Shown here: positions 1 to 7,404 of the stretch, piece after piece | Layout: every line of letters starts with the position of its first letter | Numbering within the stretch: the stretch's first letter is position 1 | NCBI GenBank assembly: GCA_007134675.1 | Contig: SLKJ01000012.1 | Location: 6,513 to 70,512, forward strand | Direction of reading: 5' to 3' | DNA from: Bacteroidales bacterium | GTDB taxonomy: Bacteria; Bacteroidota; Bacteroidia; Bacteroidales; PUMT01 | Length of the DNA: 64,000 bases | Program-made: the position numbers and the translations under genes | The notes under the pieces: generated by a model | Database searches by the model: none | Seen by the model: the letters and a program-made list of their open reading frames with translations, nothing else | Told to the model about the DNA's origin: nothing

Positions 1-69
1 GAACTTTTGAGCGTTCAATACAGGCAAAAGACCGAGTATGAGGCATATTGAAATCAGTAAATTTTTCAT
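1..69 (-). CDS. 5' end of a secreted/outer-membrane protein (partial, runs off the window)
   Basis: Reverse strand from ATG at 69 reads MKNLLISICLILGLLPVLNAQKF, a classic Sec signal peptide with A-Q cleavage site; not in the ORF track. Confidence 0.7.
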   Translation of the reverse strand, partial: MKNLLISICLILGLLPVLNAQKF

Positions 70-166
70 ATGCGGTGGAATTTGTTGTGTTGATTGGTTT
101 GGTATTATTTGGGGCCGAATTGAAACGGTAGTTTCTGAATTTAAGGTGATTGTTAACAGCGGTGAG

Positions 167-184
167 AGGTGATCCGGATCACCT
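167..184. promoter_or_regulatory. Putative Crp/Fnr-family operator
   Basis: Perfect 18-bp palindrome AGGTGATCCGGATCACCT (GTGAT-N4-ATCAC, FNR-box geometry) between the Crp/Fnr gene and the gene starting at 69. Confidence 0.55.
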
Positions 185-262
185 TTGGCACTCTGGTTTT
201 GCTATTCAGCTTTTATGGGCTTTTTGGGAAAATTTCTTCTTATCTGCCGGATATGACCCGGG

Positions 263-946
263 TTATCCCAGACGACAGAGGGTATGGATTATATCGGGAC
301 TGATGATCTCAACTTTTTTACCATCCAGTTTGATTATCTTGTCATGCCTGAATTCGGCAAGTGTCCTTATCATACTTTCCTTGGTTGTGCCGGTAAATTC
401 TGCCAGTTCCCTGCGTGAAAGCGGAAGATTGAATTCCTGGCTTCCGTAAATCCTTTCAGAAAAGAATAGTAGCATTTCAGCTACACGGCCGGGTAATTGT
501 TTCTGAAACTGATTCATCAGTTTTGTTGTCGTATTTATGCATTCCTGACCGGTTTGTTTAAGTAAAAGGCCGGCAAATTCACCATTTTCCAGGATTAATT
601 TGCGAAGTGCCGAAATTTCTGTCAGCAAAACCCGGGATTCTTCAACTGCGGAGGCACTGTAGTGGTAGAGTTCTTTGCCAAAAACCGAAATAAGAGAAAT
701 AAAACTGCCTGATGTTGCCAGGTCGGTGATGACAGATCTGCCGTTTCCCGACTCCCTGAAAATCTTGATCAACCCTGACTGGACATACATAATATGAGAT
801 ACTGGTCTGTCCTGCCTGAAAAGCATTTCTCCGGATCCGTATAATACAATATTTGAGACATTTTGAATTAACCGGTTTTGTTCTTCAGTCAGCAGACTGA
901 AAGCTGGGATCTCTGTTACAGGGTTTCCGGTTATTTTGTTTTTCAT
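263..946 (-). CDS. Crp/Fnr family transcriptional regulator
   Basis: cNMP-binding-like domain (GEMLFRQD..GLIKI) and C-terminal HTH LSRRELAEFTGTTKESMIRTL; ATG at 946 preferred over the upstream 991 start. Confidence 0.92.
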   Translation of the reverse strand: MKNKITGNPVTEIPAFSLLTEEQNRLIQNVSNIVLYGSGEMLFRQDRPVSHIMYVQSGLIKIFRESGNGRSVITDLATSGSFISLISVFGKELYHYSASAVEESRVLLTEISALRKLILENGEFAGLLLKQTGQECINTTTKLMNQFQKQLPGRVAEMLLFFSERIYGSQEFNLPLSRRELAEFTGTTKESMIRTLAEFRHDKIIKLDGKKVEIISPDIIHTLCRLG

Positions 947-1117
947 GATGCCAGGCTGGTTTTTCAGGGATTGCGCAATATAAGTATACAATTTTTAATA
1001 GTTGTGTTTTTTAATTGAAAAGTTGTTGATAAAATTCCTTGGATATAATTTTGGTTTTACCTTTTGGGACCCGTAAATTATTATATTTACATGTCAGCTA
1101 ATATTGAAGAATATTAA

Positions 1118-1507
1118 ATGGGTAAATCAAGCCGGACTATTTTAATTATTGATGATTCTGAAACAAATCTCGTTTTGCTCGATTTGGTTCTTAAGGCAAG
1201 GGGATGGATCATCCAGACAGCAAATTCAGCAAAACTCGGCATGAAGATGATCAATGTCTCCAAACCTGACCTGATCCTGCTGGATTTGCTGATGCCCGGA
1301 ATTGACGGGCAGGAGATGCTGAACAGACTGAAATCCGACGACAGCTTAAGTCACATACCTGTTATTATAGTATCTGCGGTAACTGACAGCAAGGTCCGCA
1401 AGGACTGTCTTGACAAGGGTGCTGTTTATTATATGCCAAAACCGGTAAATATTCCGGAATTAATTGAGATTATACAGAATACTTTCGATAAATGTGCTGC
1501 TGATTGA
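1118..1507 (+). CDS. Single-domain response regulator (CheY-like)
   Basis: ILIIDD, DLILLDLLMPGIDG, VSA and KP receiver motifs. Confidence 0.93.
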   Translation: MGKSSRTILIIDDSETNLVLLDLVLKARGWIIQTANSAKLGMKMINVSKPDLILLDLLMPGIDGQEMLNRLKSDDSLSHIPVIIVSAVTDSKVRKDCLDKGAVYYMPKPVNIPELIEIIQNTFDKCAAD

Positions 1508-1618
1508 TAGCTGAAGGAGGAAAGGTTCACCGGATATAACTAATATTTCTGCCCGGAATGCAATTCGAAAACTATTCTTTGTTTACAGCATACTTGTGCC
1601 TCTTCCAAATTTTATCTC

Positions 1619-2398
1619 ATGAGCCTTCAAAACAGACAAACGGAAAAACTTATTACAGAAGCGGAAAAACTTCGCAACAGGATTGCTGAGCTGGAAAACC
1701 AGAAATCAGATCTGCTTGAACTTCTGAAAAAAAAAGAAAGGAAGTCCCGGCCGGGTACAAAGAATGCGGGGAAAGATGATTGCATAGCAACTATTCTGGA
1801 TTTCAGTGATCACGCAAATAAGGGAAAAGAACTGAATGATCAGGAGAAACTCCTCAAAACGGTTATGGATAACCTTCCTGTAGGCATTGCAGTTAACTAT
1901 GTTGACCCCGCTGTTGATTTTTTTTATATGAATGATAGTTTTCCCCGGATATACAGGACAACCAGGGAGGAGCTGTCATCGGCGGACCGCTTCTGGGACG
2001 CAGTTTATGAAGACCCGGTGTATCGCGACAGTATAAAAAAAAGGGTTCTTGATGACGTAGCCAGTGGTGAACCCGGGCGCATGAAATGGGAGAATATCCC
2101 GATTACCCGTAAAGGAAAGGAGACCAGGTACATCAGCGGTTACAATACCCCGGTTCCTGAACGAGGGCTTATGATATCAACTGTTATAGATGTAACTGAA
2201 CGTAAAAAAGCTGAAGAGGAACTGCGTAAATTAAAGGATGGGCTTGAAGTTGTGACTGAAGAACAAACCAGGGAACTGAAAGAAAAAGTGTCTGCGCTGG
2301 AAAGATTCCATAAAGCAACCATCGACCGCGAATTCCGTATTAAAGAACTCAGGGATGAGATTGAAAGATTGAAAGTTGAATCAGGGCAGCGGGAATAA
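1619..2398 (+). CDS. PAS domain protein without an output domain
   Basis: Coiled coil, PAS (DNLPVGIAV...DVTERKKAEE) and a C-terminal helix FHKATIDREFRIKELRDEIERLK; no kinase boxes. Confidence 0.8.
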   Translation: MSLQNRQTEKLITEAEKLRNRIAELENQKSDLLELLKKKERKSRPGTKNAGKDDCIATILDFSDHANKGKELNDQEKLLKTVMDNLPVGIAVNYVDPAVDFFYMNDSFPRIYRTTREELSSADRFWDAVYEDPVYRDSIKKRVLDDVASGEPGRMKWENIPITRKGKETRYISGYNTPVPERGLMISTVIDVTERKKAEEELRKLKDGLEVVTEEQTRELKEKVSALERFHKATIDREFRIKELRDEIERLKVESGQRE

Positions 2399-2413
2399 GC
2401 ATTTCTTAATTTC

Positions 2414-3955
2414 ATGGCAATGAGAACACTTGCAGGTTTTTTTCTGTTATTTTCTCTCCTTATCTGCCACGGCAGGGATATTTTAGCCTTCGGTACAGCA
2501 GGCAGGTTAGATGCGCTGCACCTTAAGGGGTTTGGACCTCTGACAGGAGATTATTCTTTTCAGGATATACTTAAAATAGCAGGGTCGCTGTTCATTCCAA
2601 TGCTTATTGTAATGTCAGTATTATGGATCATCATCCTTCGCCGTCAGGTCAGAAAGAAGACAACGGGGCTGAATAATGAAATTTCCGAACATAAAAAAAC
2701 CATGGAGTCACTGCGCAAGCAGAAACTGCTGCTTAATGAGATGGAGAAAGTTTCAAAAACCGGCGGTTGGGAATATGATCTTAAAACACAAAAGGTGACG
2801 TGGACAGATGGATTATTCCAGATAACCGGTGTTTCTCCTTCGGATTTTGATACTTCATCGTATAAAAACAGCCTCTCTTTTTTCCATCCGGCCGATCAGG
2901 AAAAGCTGGATAAAGCATTCTTTAATACTGTGGAAAAAGGAGATCCTTATGATTTTGAATTGAGGATCAAAACATATGACGGAACGGACAAATGGATACG
3001 CCTGAGGGGGCTCGCCGAATTCCTTGAAGGGAAATTGACCAGGATCTATGGCGGTGCCAGCGATATTACCGACAGAAAGGAGAGGGAAATGGAACTGAAA
3101 AAATTGAAAGATGAACTTGAAGATCAGGTTACCGAAAGGACAGCTGAGCTGCAGGATAAGATCCGGAGTCTTGACAAGAGCCAGAAAGCCATGCTCTACA
3201 TGGTCGAAGACCTTAATGCTATTACCAGGGAGCTGAAAGAGGAGAGAGAGAAACTTGAGTTTTCAAACAAGGAACTTGAAGCCTTTACCTATTCAGTATC
3301 ACATGATCTGCGCGCACCTTTGCGCGCAATCAATGGTTTTGCCAGGTTCCTGATTGAGGATTACTCAGACACGATAGACGATGAAGGTAAAAGATTCATT
3401 AATACCATACGTTACAATGCAGATAAAATGGACCAGCTCATTTCTGACATGCTTGATCTTTCCCGTGTCTCAAGGACCAATATTGAATTTAACCTGGTTG
3501 AATTGAGCGCCTTAGTCCGGTCAGTGTTCCAGGAAGTGGCATCTGAAGATGAACAGAAATTGTTTCATCTTACAATTGAAGATATGCCCCCGGTAATATG
3601 CGATTCCTCTTTAATCAAGCAGGTATGGCAAAACCTGATAGAGAATGCACTTAAGTACAGTTCAAAATCACAAACCCGAAAGATCATTACAGGTGCAATG
3701 GAAAATGAAAATGAAATAGTGTTTTATATAAAAGATCATGGGGCAGGATTTGATGATCAATACAGGCATAAGCTGTTCGGGGTGTTTCAGCGTCTCCACA
3801 GGGAAAATGAATTTGAGGGTACGGGCGTAGGTCTCGCTGTTGTTAAGCGTATAATCCGCCGGCATGGGGGCAGGGTATGGGCTGAAGGTAAGACCAATGA
3901 GGGTTCAACATTTTACTTTACTCTTCCCCGGAAGGAATTAAAATCAGATTATTAA
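2414..3955 (+). CDS. Membrane-anchored PAS sensor histidine kinase
   Basis: Signal/TM segments, PAS_3 (GGWEYDL..W), H-box YSVSHDLRAPL, N-box QNLIENALKY, G-boxes DHGAGF and GTGVGLA. Confidence 0.93.
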   Translation: MAMRTLAGFFLLFSLLICHGRDILAFGTAGRLDALHLKGFGPLTGDYSFQDILKIAGSLFIPMLIVMSVLWIIILRRQVRKKTTGLNNEISEHKKTMESLRKQKLLLNEMEKVSKTGGWEYDLKTQKVTWTDGLFQITGVSPSDFDTSSYKNSLSFFHPADQEKLDKAFFNTVEKGDPYDFELRIKTYDGTDKWIRLRGLAEFLEGKLTRIYGGASDITDRKEREMELKKLKDELEDQVTERTAELQDKIRSLDKSQKAMLYMVEDLNAITRELKEEREKLEFSNKELEAFTYSVSHDLRAPLRAINGFARFLIEDYSDTIDDEGKRFINTIRYNADKMDQLISDMLDLSRVSRTNIEFNLVELSALVRSVFQEVASEDEQKLFHLTIEDMPPVICDSSLIKQVWQNLIENALKYSSKSQTRKIITGAMENENEIVFYIKDHGAGFDDQYRHKLFGVFQRLHRENEFEGTGVGLAVVKRIIRRHGGRVWAEGKTNEGSTFYFTLPRKELKSDY

Positions 3956-4024
3956 TCTCTTATTTTGAAAGGCAGGATTATTGGAATTAATTTCAAAATA
4001 TCAGTCTCTTCATAATTTTTTCGT

Positions 4025-4474
4025 ATGGAAAAAAGAGAGATTATTAATGAGGTTGATATTCTGATTGTTGAAGACAATCAGAATGATGCAGAATTGGCGC
4101 TCAGAGCCTTAAAGCAGAATAATATTGCAAATAAGGTGCTTATTATTAATGATGGCAGGCAAGCACTGGATTTTATTTTTGCCAGGGGTGAATTTGCAAA
4201 GAGAAAAGGTATTGCACACCCCAAAATTATTTTGCTTGACCTGAAGCTCCCCAGGATTGACGGACTGGAGGTGCTGAGGGAGATAAAAAGCAATCCGGAC
4301 ACTAAGATTATTCCGGTTATTGTATTGAGTTCATCCAGAGAGAAAAATGATATTGTTCAGAGTTACCGGCTCTGTGCTAACAGTTATATAGTGAAGCCGG
4401 TTGATTATGAGGAATTTGTTGAAACGATAAGGGATCTGGGTATTTACTGGTTGAAGCTCAACCAGCAGCCCTGA
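4025..4474 (+). CDS. Response regulator, Rcp1-like
   Basis: ILIVEDN, ILLDLKLPRIDG, ANSYIVKPV and C-terminal YWL typical of Rcp1-type receivers. Confidence 0.92.
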   Translation: MEKREIINEVDILIVEDNQNDAELALRALKQNNIANKVLIINDGRQALDFIFARGEFAKRKGIAHPKIILLDLKLPRIDGLEVLREIKSNPDTKIIPVIVLSSSREKNDIVQSYRLCANSYIVKPVDYEEFVETIRDLGIYWLKLNQQP

Positions 4475-4513
4475 TCTTTTTTCAGTATATTGGCAGTCAT
4501 TAAAAGTGAATAA

Positions 4514-6043
4514 ATGAAACAGGAGATGCAAACCATCAGGATTCTTTTTGTTGAGGATCTTCCTTCTGATGTTGAAATAGCAAAACGGGAAATTGAAAAG
4601 GAGAATATTCAGTTTACCTGTAAGGTTGTTGATACGGAAAACGAGTTCAGGAACGAATTATCCGGGTTTGATCCAGACATAGTGATATCCGATTACTCCA
4701 TGCCTGTATTTGACGGAATGAGCGCTTTGAGAATTGCGAAATCATTTAACCGGAATATACCGTTTATTATCCTTACAGGGTCAATGAATGAAGAGACAGC
4801 GGTAGCTTGCATGAAAGCAGGGGCAAACGATTATGTAATAAAGGAAAAGATAAAACGGCTGCCTTTTGCTGTTATGGAGGCAATTGAAAAAAGCAAGGTC
4901 AGGGTTGAAAAGGAGAGGTTTCAAAAAGAGCTGATCGAAAGTGAGGCAAAGTACCGGTCGTTGATTGAAAAATCCAATGATGCGATTTACCTTATGTATG
5001 ACCGTAAATTTGAGATTGTAAACTCCACCTTTGAGCAGATGTTTGGATACAGCCTGAATGAGGTTAATAAGGAGGGCTTTGATTTTATCAGGCTGGTAGC
5101 TCCTGAAAGCAGGCCTTTAATTGAAAATCGTCTTGAGAAGATTGCCCGGGGTGATGCGGAAGATGGCCTTTATGAATTTACTGCTATTGACAGGAGCGGA
5201 GCAAAAAAAGAGGTTGAAACTTCAGTTGCCTACATTGATTATAAACAGGGGAAGGCAGTGCAGGGTATCATCCGGGATATCTCCGAAAGAAAAAGGTTGA
5301 TTGCCGACCTTATTGAGTCCAAGAAAAAGGCTGAAGAGAGCGACAGGCTTAAAACAGCTTTCCTTGCAAACATAAGCCATGAGGTCAGAACTCCGATGAA
5401 CGGGATCCTTGGTTTTACCGAAGTACTGAAAAATCCGGACCTTTCAGGGAAAGAGAAAAATCATTATATAGATATTATTCAGAAAAGTGGTAACCGTATG
5501 CTTGATACCGTTACTAATCTGGTTAATATGTCCAAGATAGAGACGGGACAGGAACAGATTCACATTACAGAAACGAATATACCCGAACAGCTGAAATTCC
5601 TTTATAACTTCTTTAAGCCGCGGGCCGAGGATAAAGGCTTGAAATTTACCCTCCAAAACACGTTTCCTGAAGAATTTACAGTAATAAATACCGATGCCCA
5701 GAAGCTCGATTCAATCCTTACCAACCTTATCAATAATGCAGTCAAATTTACCGAATCGGGTGAGATTGCTATTGGATGCTATCATAAGGAGAACCGGTTG
5801 ATATTTTACGTTAAAGATACAGGTGTGGGAATTCAGTCAGATAGCCAGAAGACTGTTTTTAGGCGGTTTGTGCAGGCGGATACTTCATTTTCGCGTGATT
5901 ATGAAGGTTCCGGCCTGGGATTGTCAATTGCTAAATCATATGTAGAAATGCTTGGAGGAGAAATCTGGCTGGAGTCAGAAGAGAACAAAGGTTCCAATTT
6001 CTGTTTTTCAATTCCCTGCCGGGAAAAGATGCCACAGACATAA
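4514..6043 (+). CDS. Hybrid REC-PAS-histidine kinase
   Basis: N-terminal receiver (VED, ISDYSMP), PAS, H-box ANISHEVRTPMN, NLINNAVKF, DTGVGI, GSGLGL. Confidence 0.93.
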   Translation: MKQEMQTIRILFVEDLPSDVEIAKREIEKENIQFTCKVVDTENEFRNELSGFDPDIVISDYSMPVFDGMSALRIAKSFNRNIPFIILTGSMNEETAVACMKAGANDYVIKEKIKRLPFAVMEAIEKSKVRVEKERFQKELIESEAKYRSLIEKSNDAIYLMYDRKFEIVNSTFEQMFGYSLNEVNKEGFDFIRLVAPESRPLIENRLEKIARGDAEDGLYEFTAIDRSGAKKEVETSVAYIDYKQGKAVQGIIRDISERKRLIADLIESKKKAEESDRLKTAFLANISHEVRTPMNGILGFTEVLKNPDLSGKEKNHYIDIIQKSGNRMLDTVTNLVNMSKIETGQEQIHITETNIPEQLKFLYNFFKPRAEDKGLKFTLQNTFPEEFTVINTDAQKLDSILTNLINNAVKFTESGEIAIGCYHKENRLIFYVKDTGVGIQSDSQKTVFRRFVQADTSFSRDYEGSGLGLSIAKSYVEMLGGEIWLESEENKGSNFCFSIPCREKMPQT

Positions 6044-6127
6044 CCTGTCCGGATATCGGCCAACATAACGAAGCCGGAATCCGTCAACAGTCATATGAGG
6101 CAATCACTTCTTCAGCAATGGGATCCG

Positions 6128-7213
6128 TTATGCATTTAATAATATCTCCACGATCCTTTCGGCGGCTTTGCCGTCCCACAGCTCAGGGATATCGCCCCTC
6201 TTCCATTTTCCTGCGAAAAGCTTCTCCAAGGCGGGCTTAATGGCGCGCGGATCTGTGCCAAGCAGCTCATTGGTCCCTATGGTGATGGTCTCGGGCCTTT
6301 CGGTAGAGTCCCTCAGGGTCATGCAGGGAATACCCATCACAGTAGCTTCCTCGGTTATCCCCCCTGAATCGGTGATAACGGCAAATGATTTTTCCACCAG
6401 GTAGTTGAATTCAAGGTATCCCAGCGGCTCAACCATCAGTAAACGGTCGTTCCTGATCCCTGATTTTTTGATGTTTACGGCTGTTCTCGGGTGCACTGGG
6501 AATACCACCGGCAGGTCGCGCGAGTGAGCGAGTATCTGACTGATCATTTCGGTCAGCTTGCTTTGTTCATCAACATTTGCCGGTCGGTGAAGGGTCAGGA
6601 CAATGAATCCGGACGGTTCAAGACCGTGTTCGTCCCACAGGGAGGGCCTTGCAAAGCGTGGACGGTGTTTGAGCAGGGTGTCGATCATGGTGTTTCCGAC
6701 AAAATAGATCCTTTCATCGCTTACGCCGGCCCTTCGGAGATTTTCATTGGCCACTTCACTTGTGGTGAAAAAGTAATCGGTTATGCTGTCCGTTACGATC
6801 CTGTTTATCTCTTCGGGCATAAGCCAGTCGCCCGACCTGATGCCTCCTTCCACATGGGCCACCCTGACATGCATCTTTTTGGCAACAACAGAGCAGGCCA
6901 TTGTTGAGGTGACATCGCCAACAACCATGCAGAGGTCGGGTTTTCCCTGCATCAGGTATTTTTCATAGCCAAGCATGATTGCAGAGGTCTGCTCTGCCTG
7001 GGTTCCTCCCCCGGCGCCCAGGTTAATGTCGGGTTCAGGGATTCCAAGCTGTTTGAAAAAGTTGTGGCTCATATTGGCATCGTAATGCTGCCCTGTATGG
7101 ACAAGCCGGTAGCTGATATTGCCGCCATCTGACCGTGCCTTGACTATGGCATCAATAATTGGCGATATCTTCATGAAGTTGGGCCGTGCTCCGGCTATAA
7201 GGTCAATCTGCAT
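6128..7213 (-). CDS. wecB: UDP-N-acetylglucosamine 2-epimerase (non-hydrolysing)
   Basis: GARPNFMK, HTGQHYD, HVEGGIRS, MPEEINR, TDSGGITEEA, TERPET motifs. Confidence 0.95.
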   Translation of the reverse strand: MQIDLIAGARPNFMKISPIIDAIVKARSDGGNISYRLVHTGQHYDANMSHNFFKQLGIPEPDINLGAGGGTQAEQTSAIMLGYEKYLMQGKPDLCMVVGDVTSTMACSVVAKKMHVRVAHVEGGIRSGDWLMPEEINRIVTDSITDYFFTTSEVANENLRRAGVSDERIYFVGNTMIDTLLKHRPRFARPSLWDEHGLEPSGFIVLTLHRPANVDEQSKLTEMISQILAHSRDLPVVFPVHPRTAVNIKKSGIRNDRLLMVEPLGYLEFNYLVEKSFAVITDSGGITEEATVMGIPCMTLRDSTERPETITIGTNELLGTDPRAIKPALEKLFAGKWKRGDIPELWDGKAAERIVEILLNA

Positions 7214-7320
7214 TTACTGGTTTTTCGGTATTTCTATTACGGATCAATATTCTTTTTGTTTCATAAGACTCTGTTCACCCGGCATTGCCATTCCTCTGTA
7301 CTGGCTGACCCGCAGGCTCC

Positions 7321-7404
7321 GCTATCCCACCAGCTTCCAGATTCCTCCATCCCGGCCATCCCGCCAGCTCCGATATTCCTCCATCCCGGCTATTCCTCCA
7401 GCTC
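7321..7404. repeat. Imperfect 34-bp tandem repeat (about 2.5 copies) overlapping the S9 peptidase stop codon
   Basis: ATTCCTCCATCCCGGC at 7341 and 7375; units begin at 7321, 7355 and 7389. Confidence 0.7.

Noticed and set aside
186..203. Sigma-54 promoter-like TGGCAC...TTGCT
   Set aside because: GG-to-GC spacing is 12 nt rather than the required 10
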